Shown here one piece after another: positions 27,290 to 38,275 of a stretch of 64,000 nt of DNA; within the stretch, counting starts at the first letter, position 1; every line of letters starts with the position of its first letter. The DNA comes from Dehalococcoidia bacterium (GTDB taxonomy: Bacteria > Chloroflexota > Dehalococcoidia > Lucifugimonadales > UBA3495): the NCBI GenBank assembly GCA_963665155.2, contig OY761986.2:215789-279788 (forward strand). Reading direction: 5' to 3'. The notes beneath the pieces are model-generated. The model was given only the letters and a program-made list of their open reading frames with translations, made no database searches and was not told the DNA's origin. The translations under genes were made by a program, and so were the position numbers.

Positions 27290-28273
27290 TCAGTATGCTG
27301 CTAATTTGCGCAGGGCTTGGACCACTTTCTCGGTATCGGGCATGTAGGCTTCTTCCAGGTTCAGGGCAAAGGGCATGGTGGGGACGTCTAGGCCACAGAG
27401 CCGGGAGACGGGCCCATCCAGGTATTCGAAGGCTTGATCGGCGACCAGGGCCGCGATCTCGGCACCGACACCTCCGGTTACATTATCCTCATGGACAATG
27501 AGCAGTTTTCCAGTCTTCTTTACCGACTCAAGCACGGTTTCCGTGTCTAAAGGAGTCAAAGTCCGCAGGTCAACGACCTCGACGTTAATGCCCTCTCCGG
27601 AAACCTGCTCTGCGGCTTCCAGGCAATAATGAAGTGTCAATCCATAGGAGACAATGGTCATGTCGCTACCGAGACGTTTTACGTCCGCAACACCGAGGGG
27701 AATGGTGTATTCCCCCTCCGGCACTTCGCCTCGGACCAAGCGGTAGGTTTTTTTGTGCTCGAGAAAGACCACTGGATTGTCGTCCCGGACAGCGGATTTC
27801 AGCAAGCCTTTGGCGTCGTATGGGGTGGATGGAGTGACGACCTTTAGGCCGGGCGTGTGGAAGAAATGGGTCTCCACATTTTGCGAATGGAACAACCCTC
27901 CTCTTATGCCGCCGCCGTAAGGTATGCGCACCACTAAGGGCACACTGACAGCGCCGTTGGTGCCGTAGCAGGTACGGGCCGCCTCGCCGATGAGTTGGTT
28001 GACCGTGGGCCAAACGAAATCGGCAAATTCCACTTCGGGAATGGGCCGGAGCCCTCGGAAGGCCGCACCCAAGGCGATTCCCATAATTGAGGCCTCCGCC
28101 AAGGGGGCATCCATCACTCGAGAAGCGCCAAATTCGTCGATAAGGCCTTGGGTAGCCAGGAAAACGCCGCCGCGCTTGCCTACGTCTTCACCCAACACGA
28201 ATACCTTGGAGTCTCGTCGCATCTCTTCCCGAATTGCGTCCCGAACCGCTTCAATGACGGTGATTACTGGCAA
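27290..28273 (-). CDS. 2-oxoacid dehydrogenase E1 beta subunit
   Basis: 327 aa with transketolase-like pyrimidine-binding and C-terminal domains (GEDVGKRGGVF..., PLD...). Confidence 0.95.
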   Translation of the reverse strand: MPVITVIEAVRDAIREEMRRDSKVFVLGEDVGKRGGVFLATQGLIDEFGASRVMDAPLAEASIMGIALGAAFRGLRPIPEVEFADFVWPTVNQLIGEAARTCYGTNGAVSVPLVVRIPYGGGIRGGLFHSQNVETHFFHTPGLKVVTPSTPYDAKGLLKSAVRDDNPVVFLEHKKTYRLVRGEVPEGEYTIPLGVADVKRLGSDMTIVSYGLTLHYCLEAAEQVSGEGINVEVVDLRTLTPLDTETVLESVKKTGKLLIVHEDNVTGGVGAEIAALVADQAFEYLDGPVSRLCGLDVPTMPFALNLEEAYMPDTEKVVQALRKLAAY

Positions 28274-28377
28274 AGCCGCCTCCCAGTTAGGTAATTTATA
28301 TAAGGCAAGTGATCAGAATCCAATGAAGTGGGTTGATCTTCTCGATGACTTGGAATAATGCGAACGGCAAACGTCCG

Positions 28378-29442
28378 TCAAGGAGCGTAGACCATATCGT
28401 TGATCGTGGAAGCGTCAGGAAGGTCCGCTGCATCAGCGGCGTCGGTGGCTTCGTTTATGGCTTGTTGGGCTCGAGCCTTTATATTTTCCACTTCCTGTTG
28501 GTCAAGTAATCCTTGCTCTATCAAGAGATTGGCCATGGTCAGAACAGGGTCCAGTTTGCGGGCCTCCTCAACTTCCTCGGCTGGCCGATACCGCCGATCA
28601 TCATCGTCAGTGGTGTGGGGCATAAACCGCTCCACCTTCATTTCCAACAGCACGGGTCCCTCGCTGCGAGCGTGGTTGATGGCCTCACGAGTAGCTTCAT
28701 AGCACTGGATTAGGTCCATTCCGTCGACTGCGAATCCAGGAAAGCCGTAGCTCGCAGAACGGGAATAGATATCGTCTATTGCCATCTGTTGAGATTGGGG
28801 CACGGAAATTGCGTAGCGGTTATTTTCGCACACAAATATGATAGGAAGATGATGGATTCCGGCGAAGTTCATGGCCTCATGGGTTTCACCTTGGCTCGAG
28901 CCACCGTCGCCGAAGTAGACCAGAACTACGGTATCGTCGCCCAACATCTTGCAACCCAAAGCGTATCCCGCACCCTGGGTGAGACCGGCGGACACCACGT
29001 TGGAAATCTGAATAATCTTGTTTGGAAGGTCGGCGCCCTGAAGGGGGAATTGCCTGGCGTTACTGTACGGTTCCCCTGCTTTGCCCATGAATGATTTCAT
29101 TACCTGGGTGGGGGTTAGCCCCGCTGACATTTTCAAAGCCAGGTCCCGATAATACGGGAATAGAAAACAACGGCCGTCTTTTTCCGCCGCCAGCAGGCTG
29201 CCCAGTTGAGCTGCTTCATGACCTTGGGAAGATGCGGCTATGGGAACCTTGCCTTGGCGGTTCAATGCCCAAATCCGCTCGTCGGCGGTGCGTGCCAAGA
29301 CCATCCGGGTGAATATGTCCACCAAGTCTTCGGAGGTGAGGCTGCCGGGTAGAGGCCCAGACGCCTTTGCTGTTTCTTTTCTTTTGGTTGCGGTTGCTTT
29401 GCCGCCGGACTGGCGGGTGCCCCTAGGTTTGGTCTGAGCCAT
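28378..29442 (-). CDS. 2-oxoacid dehydrogenase E1 alpha subunit (TPP-dependent)
   Basis: Has the GDGGSSQGETHEAMNFA TPP-binding motif. Start at MAQTKPRG with GAGGGG upstream; the ORF is open to 29511. Confidence 0.9.
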   Translation of the reverse strand: MAQTKPRGTRQSGGKATATKRKETAKASGPLPGSLTSEDLVDIFTRMVLARTADERIWALNRQGKVPIAASSQGHEAAQLGSLLAAEKDGRCFLFPYYRDLALKMSAGLTPTQVMKSFMGKAGEPYSNARQFPLQGADLPNKIIQISNVVSAGLTQGAGYALGCKMLGDDTVVLVYFGDGGSSQGETHEAMNFAGIHHLPIIFVCENNRYAISVPQSQQMAIDDIYSRSASYGFPGFAVDGMDLIQCYEATREAINHARSEGPVLLEMKVERFMPHTTDDDDRRYRPAEEVEEARKLDPVLTMANLLIEQGLLDQQEVENIKARAQQAINEATDAADAADLPDASTINDMVYAP

Positions 29443-30139
29443 TATTTCCCCTCGAGAAGGATTGCGTATTAGGACATTGGATAAACCGAGTGATAGGTCT
29501 TGGGTCATCATGGCGGAGCCGTTTTTGGCCGACGAGCGTTTTGTTAGTCCACCAAATGCTAGGCCCCGAATCTTAAACTATCTGCTTAAACTATCAAATT
29601 GAACGAGATTATCGAGCATCGGTCGAATCTAGATTCTTCCGATGTTGACCCATAAACCATGCCGATTGACCGTTCGGGTGGCCACAATTATATATGCCCA
29701 CAAGCGATGCTCGCAAATCCCCGTCTATTGCCGGTCATCGGGGGTTTTTTCCGAGGGAACAATGGGCCATGAATACGATGGATACCAAGAGGACGATGAA
29801 TAGGACGATGAATTTGAGGCGCAGGGACTAGCACTAATTTGGTTGCTTTGCGGTTCAGCCAAATTCCGAACTAACCAGGGCTCATAGGGACCGAGGTCAT
29901 TGAAAAATAAAAGTTGTAGCAATATTCGTGACATTCTCCATTGACAACGTCCTTTTAGGCGTGGATTAGAATCTCGGAGTTGAAATTGTCGATGCGCGGC
30001 CGAGCCGATGGGCTCAGGTTCCTCGTATCAAGACAATTTCCGGGGCCTGGTGGAGCTTAGCTTGATTGGAGCTTGGCTTAATTGGAAGTGGGCCCGGGTT
30101 GATGCCGGGACCGGTGCGAGGGGTAGGGGGATGAATAGA

Positions 30140-30164
30140 GCCAGCTTAACATTGTTAAGCTGGC
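30140..30164. repeat. 25-nt perfect palindrome upstream of dnaA
   Basis: GCCAGCTTAACATTGTTAAGCTGGC. Confidence 0.9.
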
Positions 30165-30387
30165 CGGTCCCGGAGATGAGTGGCGGCGCTAATGCAGCGC
30201 CCGTGCATGCGGGCGACTGTATTGGCATTAATGAATTCTTAGTTAACATAACGTTGATACATCGCCTGGCTGCAACCAGGGTGCCGAAACAATAACACCT
30301 TAATCTTCCAGTGCTCTGAAATTCTGTGGAAGAGGAAGAATCCGTGGGCATCGGGCGGGACACTGTTGACGTGGGAGTGTGCGGAAA

Positions 30388-31845
30388 ATGAATGAGGTAA
30401 CCAGCAAGGAGGTCTGGAGAGCCGTCTTGGGCGAACTCCAGCTCCAACTTCCTCGGCCCACCTATGAAACCTGGTTAAAACAGACTGAAGGTGTCAGCTG
30501 TGATGGCCAATATTTCGTGGTGGAAGTGCCGACCGCATTTACCGTGGCTTGGCTGGAACGGCGGATGTACCAGTCCATTCAAAAGACGGTGGAGAAAGTA
30601 TCCAAACAGTCATTGGAAATAATTTTTCAAGTAAAAGACAGCGGCGCCAGCCAATCAACAACTAATCGCGCCAACACGGATTTGAAACGATCCGGGTCAG
30701 GAGAACTTGGCCCTAGGCGATCTGGATTCAGGGCCTCCATAGAGGACGAGCTTGGGACCTCCAACAGGATGGGCCAGGCTTCCAGCCTCAATCCCAAGTA
30801 CACCTTCGATTCGTTTGTGGTGGGAGCGTCCAACAACTTAGCCTACAGCGCCGCAAGGGCGGTCTGTGAGGCACCCGGGCGGGACTATAACCCGTTATTT
30901 ATTTATTCCGGGGTGGGCTTGGGCAAGACTCACTTGCTCCATGCGATCGGTCATCAATGCATTGCTCAGGGAATGCAGGTGCTCTACGCTACCTCCGAGC
31001 AGTTCACCAACGAGTTCATTTCGGCGATCTTGAACCGCACCACAGAGGCCTTTCGCAACCGCTACCGTAGCGTCCAAGTCCTACTAATGGATGATGTCCA
31101 GTTTTTGAGCGGCAAAGAGCAGACCCACGAAGGTTTCTTTCATACGTTTAACGAGCTTCACGTTTCGGGAAACCAGGTGGTTATTACTTCAGATCGACCG
31201 CCACGCTCCCTGGCATTGTTGGAAGACAGGTTGCGGTCCCGGTTTGAGTGGGGCCTGACCACGGATATCCAGCCGCCAAATCTGGAAACCCGCATGGCTA
31301 TTCTGGCCGCCAAAGCAGCACAGATCGGCGTGACATTAAGCGACAGTATCGTGGAATTGATTGCCAAAAGGGTCCAGAAAAACGTGAGGGAATTAGAAGG
31401 CGTCTTGAATCGTATGGCTGCGTTTGCGCAACTTGGAAACACGCCGGTAACCCTGGAATCCACCATGAGAATATTGGGCGATCTGAATGCCGACGCAGAC
31501 CGTCACTCCATCGACCCTGAGCGGATAATCGAAGAGACAGCCAGTTTCTATAAATTGTCGCCATCCGACATTTTAGGGCGCAGCCGGACGCAAAAAATCG
31601 CCCTTGCCCGCCAAGTGGTCATGTACCTGCTTATTTATGAGCTGGAGCTTTCCCCGACCCAGGTCGGACGTCTCCTGGGGGGGAGAGATCATGCCACAGT
31701 GATACATGGCGCCGGAAAGGTTAACGGTGGCGTCAACGAGAACGGCCAATTGCGCAAAGATGTCTTGATTATAAAAGAGGCCATATTCGCTCCTGAACCC
31801 AAAGACCGCGCGGGAACCGGAATGGCGAACGCAATCTCCGGCTAG
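30388..31845 (+). CDS. dnaA: chromosomal replication initiator DnaA
   Basis: Walker A GVGLGKTHLLHAIG, LLMDDVQFL, NVRELEG, and the C-terminal DNA-binding domain ...IALARQVVMYL...HATV. Confidence 0.97.
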   Translation: MNEVTSKEVWRAVLGELQLQLPRPTYETWLKQTEGVSCDGQYFVVEVPTAFTVAWLERRMYQSIQKTVEKVSKQSLEIIFQVKDSGASQSTTNRANTDLKRSGSGELGPRRSGFRASIEDELGTSNRMGQASSLNPKYTFDSFVVGASNNLAYSAARAVCEAPGRDYNPLFIYSGVGLGKTHLLHAIGHQCIAQGMQVLYATSEQFTNEFISAILNRTTEAFRNRYRSVQVLLMDDVQFLSGKEQTHEGFFHTFNELHVSGNQVVITSDRPPRSLALLEDRLRSRFEWGLTTDIQPPNLETRMAILAAKAAQIGVTLSDSIVELIAKRVQKNVRELEGVLNRMAAFAQLGNTPVTLESTMRILGDLNADADRHSIDPERIIEETASFYKLSPSDILGRSRTQKIALARQVVMYLLIYELELSPTQVGRLLGGRDHATVIHGAGKVNGGVNENGQLRKDVLIIKEAIFAPEPKDRAGTGMANAISG

Positions 31846-31880
31846 GCTTAACGGGTAGGCTTAAAAGGGGAGGAATTTCC

Positions 31881-31963
31881 TCTGGATTGCGAGAACTATC
31901 CAGCCGCCCCTCAGTGGATAACCTGGCTATTTTCGTGGAAAGGATGCCGCGAATCGTGGATAG
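31881..31963. promoter_or_regulatory. cluster of co-oriented DnaA-box-like 9-mers downstream of dnaA
   Basis: Each is compared with TGTGGATAA. AGTGGATAA at 31913 matches 8/9, CGTGGATAG at 31955 matches 7/9, and CGTGGAAAG at 31934 and TCTGGATTG at 31881 each match 6/9. An AT-rich tract follows at ~32066-32085. Confidence 0.5.
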
Positions 31964-32110
31964 GTATGTGTGGGAGCGCTGGAGACGACTTCCTGTGGGC
32001 CAACCCACGGGTGACCCGAGACCTGGCTGGCTAAATCTCCAATTGGTGTAAGATGTCTCTTTGCACACTAATATTTATTCACCCCAGGAATTGGTAATGA
32101 AGAAATCCGC

Positions 32111-33307
32111 ATGACAACCCCTTTGAAAATCCACGTCATCGTCAAAACCCACGAACTCGCGCTGAAAGGCAAGAACCGGCCCTGGTTTATGCGACACTTG
32201 GTTAACAACCTGCGCAAAGCCACTAGGGGAACGGGAGTGTCGAAAGTGTGGCAAGGTCACATGTTGGTGGGGCTGTCGTTGCGGGACGAGTCCAGTTGGC
32301 CAGAGGTGCGAGACCGGGTCAGGGAATGCTTTGGCGTGGCCAAGTTCTTTAAAGCGTATGAGGTGCCTCTCGATTTGGACAAGGTGAAGGAGGTATTGCC
32401 AGACCTCTTGAGTGACCGGCAATTCCAGTCCTTTCGCATATCGGCCAACCGGGCCGACAAAAGGTTCCCAATAACCTCCGAGGAAATCAACCGCGACATG
32501 GGCACCTTCGTAAAGGACCTTTCCGGCGCTCGGGTGGACCTGAAGAATCCAGAGCTTGAAGTTTTTATTGACGTGCTGGCTTCCGGCATTCTCCTTTATT
32601 TCGAGGAAGTGAAGGGTCACGGCGGCTTGCCCGTAGGGGTCAGCGGTGACGTGATGACAATGCTTTCGGGGGGTATAGACTCGCCGGTTGCAGCGTGGCA
32701 AATGATGAAGCGAGGTTGCCGCTCCCATTTCACCCACTTTCATAGCTACCCTTTGGTCGACCGCTCTTCCATCGAAAAGGCTATGGATTTGACTGACCAC
32801 CTTACGCAACACCAATTTACGTCCAGCTTGTCATTGGTGCCTTTGGGAGAAATTCAAAAGAAAATAATCGTGGCTACACCGCCAGCCTTTCGTGTGATTC
32901 TATACCGCCGGTTTATGGTGAGAATTACCGAAGTTTTGGCCCGACGCCAGGGTGCCAAAGCGATTATCACCGGCGAAAGCTGCGGTCAGGTGAGTTCACA
33001 GACCCTCGATAACATCGCCGTGATCGACGCCGTGGCTAATATGCCTGTCCTTCGGCCGTTAATTGGGCAAAACAAAGAGGAAATCATAAATTTGTCCCGC
33101 AAGATGGGCACTTTTCCGATTTCCATACAGCCGGACCAAGATTGCTGCAGCCTTTTCGTGCCCAAGCATCCCGAAACCCACGCTCGCCTCGAGACAGTGC
33201 TCAAGTTGGAGTCCGGTCTTGCGGTAGACGAGTTGGTTGAAGCGGCGGTGGCTGGTACCGAAGTGCGTGAATTTTCCGCGATTCATTCCGAATCGCAGGT
33301 CGTCTGA
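32111..33307 (+). CDS. thiI: tRNA 4-thiouridine(8) synthase ThiI
   Basis: THUMP-type N-terminus and the PP-loop SGGIDSPVAAW. Confidence 0.9.
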   Translation: MTTPLKIHVIVKTHELALKGKNRPWFMRHLVNNLRKATRGTGVSKVWQGHMLVGLSLRDESSWPEVRDRVRECFGVAKFFKAYEVPLDLDKVKEVLPDLLSDRQFQSFRISANRADKRFPITSEEINRDMGTFVKDLSGARVDLKNPELEVFIDVLASGILLYFEEVKGHGGLPVGVSGDVMTMLSGGIDSPVAAWQMMKRGCRSHFTHFHSYPLVDRSSIEKAMDLTDHLTQHQFTSSLSLVPLGEIQKKIIVATPPAFRVILYRRFMVRITEVLARRQGAKAIITGESCGQVSSQTLDNIAVIDAVANMPVLRPLIGQNKEEIINLSRKMGTFPISIQPDQDCCSLFVPKHPETHARLETVLKLESGLAVDELVEAAVAGTEVREFSAIHSESQVV

Positions 33308-33324
33308 CCGGGTTCGCGCTCCGT

Positions 33325-34473
33325 ATGGAAAGCGAAGGAGAGCCGACATCAGAAGACCTGTCAACGGGCCCCTCAGATGCCAACTTCCCTCCGGCAGGTG
33401 AGCCTCTCTTAATTGGGACACTCCCTCCCATAGACGATGGACATCGGTCCAAGTTATTGACAGACCTGCTAAAAGGCGTCTCCCGCAGTTTTTATCTAAC
33501 CCTCCGTGTGTTGCCGCCGGGCCTGCGCCAGCCGATGGGCCTGGCTTATTTGTTGGCCAGAGCCGCCGATACCATCGCCGATACCTCGCTGGTCTCTCCC
33601 GAGTTGCGCTTGGAGCTTCTTTTGGAGCTGCGTCGCCAGGTTAAAGGGCCCGCCCTATTGGAGCCGCTACGGCGCATTGAATCGGAACTGACGGACCTCC
33701 AATCCATCCCCAAAGAACGGGAGTTGCTGTCCGCACTCCCAGCGGCATTCGCATTGCTGGAGGCTACACCTGAGCCTGACGCAACCTTTGTGCGCTCCGT
33801 CGTTGTTACCCTGACGATGGGAATGGAACAGGACCTTGTCCTATTTCCGGTTGAAGGCTCGGGCAGTGTGAAGTCGCTGGAGGACGCGTTCGCATTGGAC
33901 CGGTACACCTATTTGGTCGCTGGTTGTGTCGGTGAGTTCTGGACGGCGATTACGGTGGCCCATACCAACTCTCTGAGGAATTGGGACCGAGATGCTATGG
34001 CCCGGACAGGGGTCAGGTTCGGCAAAGCGCTGCAACTAACCAATGTTCTGCGCGATGTGCCCAAGGACTTGCGGATTGGGCGGTGTTACTTACCTGGTTC
34101 CGAACTGGCCGGGCTGGGGCTTTCTCCCGAGGATTTGCTGGACCCAACCCACGGTAACGTTGCTCGTCTCGTCTTGGTGGATTGGATTAATACTGCGTTG
34201 GATCATTACCAAGCCGCTGAAGACTATCTTCTGGCCATTCCCCGCCGCTCTCCCAAGCTCCGTCTGGCAGTACTTTGGCCGATATTGATCGGCCTGGCCA
34301 CCTTGGCCCGCCTTGCCAGGAACCGGCAGTGGCTAGACCCGGATTATCCGTCTCGGGTGAGCCGCCAATGGGTGTACAAAACTTTGGCTTTGTCATTGCC
34401 AGCGGTGGTCTCTAACCGAGTCTTGAAGGCATGGATCGCTCGATTGCGGCGTCAGGTCATCGAAGCCCTGTAG
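33325..34473 (+). CDS. squalene/phytoene synthase family protein
   Basis: SRSFYLTLRVLP, LLARAADTIADT, YLVAGCVGEF and LQLTNVLRDVPKDLRIGRCYLP. Confidence 0.85.
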   Translation: MESEGEPTSEDLSTGPSDANFPPAGEPLLIGTLPPIDDGHRSKLLTDLLKGVSRSFYLTLRVLPPGLRQPMGLAYLLARAADTIADTSLVSPELRLELLLELRRQVKGPALLEPLRRIESELTDLQSIPKERELLSALPAAFALLEATPEPDATFVRSVVVTLTMGMEQDLVLFPVEGSGSVKSLEDAFALDRYTYLVAGCVGEFWTAITVAHTNSLRNWDRDAMARTGVRFGKALQLTNVLRDVPKDLRIGRCYLPGSELAGLGLSPEDLLDPTHGNVARLVLVDWINTALDHYQAAEDYLLAIPRRSPKLRLAVLWPILIGLATLARLARNRQWLDPDYPSRVSRQWVYKTLALSLPAVVSNRVLKAWIARLRRQVIEAL

Positions 34474-34630
34474 ACCAATTCCCGTCTCCCGCTGGCGCCC
34501 TTCATACTTCCGATGCGGAGCGGTGTTTTTCCGGGTGGTTCTTGACGCTCTTAGGAAATCATGTAGTATTAGCATCGTGCCCAAAATGAGCGTTTAGAGT
34601 CGAAGAACGGAGCCCAATTGGAGGCTGCGA

Positions 34631-35677
34631 ATGGAATTTGGCTTGTTCGTCGAATTTCCTTGTCGTGATGGGGTTAGCCAGGCGCAGGTATTCCAGGAGT
34701 CTTTCCAACTTGTGGACGCTGCGGAGGAACTGGGGACGGATGCAGTTTGGCTGGCGGAGTACCACTTCGATCCCAACCGCTCGGTGCTTTCCGCCCCGAT
34801 CACCGTCGCCAGTGCGGTAGCCGCACGTACCAAGAGAGTCAAGATCGGCATTGCCGTCCACGTGTTGCCTCTGCGTAACCCGGTCCGCATCGCCGAAGAA
34901 GTAGCGACCCTAGACCACATCAGCGGTGGACGGTTGGACTTCGGCATTGGTCGTTCGGCATTTCCAAGCGTCTACTTGGGCTATGGGATTGACCATGACG
35001 AGAGCCGGGACCGGTTCAGTGAATGCCTGGAAGTAATCCTGAAATCCTGGACCGAAGAACGGTTCTCCTACCAAGGTGAATACTACCAATACGATAACCT
35101 GTGCGTGGTCCCCAAGCCCCTGCAAACCCCTCATCCGCCCATCCGTATCGGTGCGACTACCGTTGAAACATTCGCCTTGGTGGGCCAGATGGGTTATCCG
35201 ATATTTATTAACCCTTCCCGCGTCAGTTCACTGTCGGACTTGGTGCGGATGATCAAGGAGTTCAGGGAGGCACGGAGCGACGCTGGTTATCCGGCAGATG
35301 TTGATGTGGGATTGAGGGTACCGGTTTATGTGGCGGAGACCAAAGAGCAGGCCTACAGCGAACCAAAGGAAAGCGCCCTCTTTTAGTTGCAACGCCTGAT
35401 CAATGTGATAACCGCTTCCGCCTCACAAGGGGGCATCAGTGACGACCGGTTGGCCCAAGCCGAGCGCCTGAAAGGCTTGGACTACGAGGCGATGCTAAAG
35501 AATATGCTGATTTACGGAACCCCCGAGATGGTGACCGAGCGGTTGATGCAGTTGCAAGAAGAACTGGGAATCAACCAGTTTGTCTACGAAGTGAATTTCG
35601 GTTGCCGGGTGCCATTGGAGCATCAAATTAAATCCGTGCGATTGCTGAACGAACGCGTCGTGCCAAATTTTAAGTAG
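34631..35677 (+). pseudogene. LLM-class flavin-dependent oxidoreductase interrupted by one in-frame TAG (35384-35386)
   Basis: The 251-aa N-terminal part and 96-aa C-terminal part are contiguous in one frame (...KESALF*LQRLINV...). The C-terminal part carries the family-typical YGTPEMVTERL. Confidence 0.7.
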
Positions 35678-35746
35678 CTGTCAGCCGCCAAATTAGGTAT
35701 TTGGTCGGTCTGATCTAATATTTAATAAACAACCGAGGAGAGAATA

Positions 35747-36115
35747 ATGGTTAATTACGTTAGGATCTACAGCGGAGCCGACGGTCAGTCCCACATGGAA
35801 GACTACGAGCCCGATTTCAGCCCCTTCGTAGACACCGAAGGTGCCCACGGTGAAGGGACGCCGGTGGAGGCGGCCACCAGCTTTACTATTAGGACTAATC
35901 CCCCTGGTTATTTTCTGGATTTCCACTGCGCTCCCCGCCGCCAGTATTCAATCACAATCGCCGGGGAAATAGAGGTAGGGACAGGAGATGGGACAGTGAG
36001 GCGATTCGGGGCCCCCACAATTCTGCTGGCCGAGGACCTGACGGGCCAAGGCCATTCCACCCGTGTTGTGGGCACTGAAATTAGGGTTAGCATCGCTATA
36101 CCCCTGGCGGACTAG
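35747..36115 (+). CDS. cupin-like small protein (122 aa)
   Basis: GAGGAG RBS. Beta-rich sequence with a ...HCAPRRQYSITIAGEIEVG... cupin-like core. Family-level guess only. Confidence 0.5.
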   Translation: MVNYVRIYSGADGQSHMEDYEPDFSPFVDTEGAHGEGTPVEAATSFTIRTNPPGYFLDFHCAPRRQYSITIAGEIEVGTGDGTVRRFGAPTILLAEDLTGQGHSTRVVGTEIRVSIAIPLAD

Positions 36116-36264
36116 GACTGGTTTCACAAGGCTGGTTCCGCAAAGCTGTTTTCAATAAAAGAATATCGCTACTCTACCGTATGTTCCGGAATGGCGAATC
36201 TCATAAAGCAAACGGATTTTACAGGACAATTTCCGGCTCAAAACACACCAGGTGAGGTGCCCGC

Positions 36265-37469
36265 ATGGCTAGTTCCATTCTGAAAGGGGAGTTCAATCCC
36301 CCGGTACAGTCGCGAATCATCTTGGGCCGAGGCAAAGTCGCCACGCTCAATGAGGAGATTTCCAAGTTGGGAGGGCACCGGGTGTTGGTCCTCTCTGGTA
36401 AGTCGGTTGCCGAAAAGACGGAAGCAGTTAACCGGGTGGTTCAGGCCTTGGGGGAATCATGCGTGGGCGTCTACTTGGGATCGTCGCAGCGTGCGCCTTT
36501 GTCCACAGCGGTGGCTGCCACAGCCATGGCGGTTGAAAAAGGAGCGGACACGCTGGTGGGCGTCGGCGGTAGCACCATATCCGATGCTTCCCGGATGATC
36601 GGTGTCATGATCGCCGAGGGTATCGACAGCGAATCCCGGATGCGGGCTCTGGGAGAAGAGTCTCATGGCATGCTCACCCCGGACTTGGTTGGGAAGCGCC
36701 TACCCTATCAGGTGTCAATCCCAACTACCCTTTCGGCGGGAGAGTTCAATGTGGGTGGTGGGAACGTTCTGGACGATCAGGCAGGCCACAAGATTCGGGT
36801 GCGTAACCCGGACCTCTTCGCTCATCTAATTGTCTTGGACCCGGAAATGACCGAAGGAACACCGGACTGGCTGTGGCTTTCCACCGGCGTTAAAGCCTTG
36901 GACCATTGCATTGAGCGCTTGTATAGCGCCGGCAACCAACCCGCCATCGACGCTCCGATCCTGTCCGCAGCTGAACTGCTGTTTAACTACCTGCCCCAAT
37001 CCAGAGAGCAAGACAAAGACTTGGACGCCAGGCTCCAGTGCTTGCTTGGCGCCCGGCTGTCTATGATGGGAGCGCCCAATTTCGCCATGGGCCTGAGCCA
37101 TGCTCTGGGCCACATCATCGGCGTCAAGTATTCCGTGGGTCACGGCTACACCTCCTGTGTTACTCAACCCTACGTTATGGAATACAATCGCTCGGCATCG
37201 GCTGGCAAACAGGCGTTGTTGGCCAAGGCGGCGGGCCTGGATACCAAAGGGATGAGCGACGAGGCAGCGGCAGAAGCGGCGGCTGGGGCCCCGTGGACCG
37301 GTTTATCCTAGGCTTGGGCATGCCTCACAAGCTACGAGAGTTGGAGGTGCCCCGGGAAGATTTCCCGGAAATCGCTCAACTCACAATTGGCGACGGCGGT
37401 TGCCTCACAAACCCCGTGCCTATAACCAGGGTGGAGCAGGTGATTGAGGTCTTGGAGGCTGCTTTCTGA
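36265..37469 (+). CDS. iron-containing alcohol dehydrogenase family (maleylacetate-reductase-like), frameshifted near 37285-37292
   Basis: GGSTISDASR, ...ALDHCIERL..., ...GLSHALGHIIG. The C-terminus (VDRFILGLGMPHKLRELEVPREDF...) continues in another frame after the G4C4 run. Confidence 0.8.
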
Positions 37470-37587
37470 GCGAGGCCTAGTAGCACCCAGGGCGCAAAGC
37501 GAGGAACGTGTTCTATTTAAGCCGAGGCGGAATTTCAATTTTCACCCACTTGCTGAATCTGTGTTCAGTCTTTGAACACACAATAAT

Positions 37588-38223
37588 TTGCATAAACAAG
37601 TGATGGAATCCAACGCCAAATTCGTAGTTGAATCTACGGCTCAGTCTGTTGAAGATGCCGAGACCTTGGCCTTAGCCGACCGGCACGCCAAAGTTTTGTT
37701 TGCTACCGGCCACCGGATGGCAGCCCTGGCGTGGCTCCAAGAAGCACTGCATTATAGAGCACTGACTCTTGGCCCAGAACATCCGGAGACCATCGAAAAC
37801 CGGAATATGTTAGGCCGTGCTTGCCGGGCTGCTGGCCGCCACCAAGAAGCGATCCAACTCTACCGGCAGAACCTGGAAATACTTCACCGCACGCTGGGTC
37901 CGGGCGATGCGTACACCTTGCGGGGGCAAAGCCGCTTGGCCAACTGCTACTATGCCGCTGGCCGCTTCCAGGATGCCTTGAAATTGTTCCGGAAAACATT
38001 CAAAACCCGAGAGCATACGCTGGGAGCCGACCATCCTGATACCCTGCGCAGCCGCAGCAGCCTGGCCAACTGTTGCTTGAGGCTGGGGCAGGTCGAAGAA
38101 GCCGTGCGGCTCCACCGCGCCACGCTGGCCGACCGGGAGCGGGTGTTGGGGCCGCAGCACCCCAGAACCTACACCAGCCGCAACAGGCTGGCGGCTTCGC
38201 TAAAGGTGGCGACCCTGCAATAG
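37588..38223 (+). CDS. tetratricopeptide-repeat protein
   Basis: Four to five TPR_10/12-like units (HPDTL.SR..LANCY...G...EA). The start is uncertain (TTG 37588 or ATG 37603). Confidence 0.8.
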   Translation: MHKQVMESNAKFVVESTAQSVEDAETLALADRHAKVLFATGHRMAALAWLQEALHYRALTLGPEHPETIENRNMLGRACRAAGRHQEAIQLYRQNLEILHRTLGPGDAYTLRGQSRLANCYYAAGRFQDALKLFRKTFKTREHTLGADHPDTLRSRSSLANCCLRLGQVEEAVRLHRATLADRERVLGPQHPRTYTSRNRLAASLKVATLQ

Positions 38224-38275
38224 CCTCGTTAATATAGCTTCGTTAATTAAGCCAAATTAATTTAGGAGATATCAC

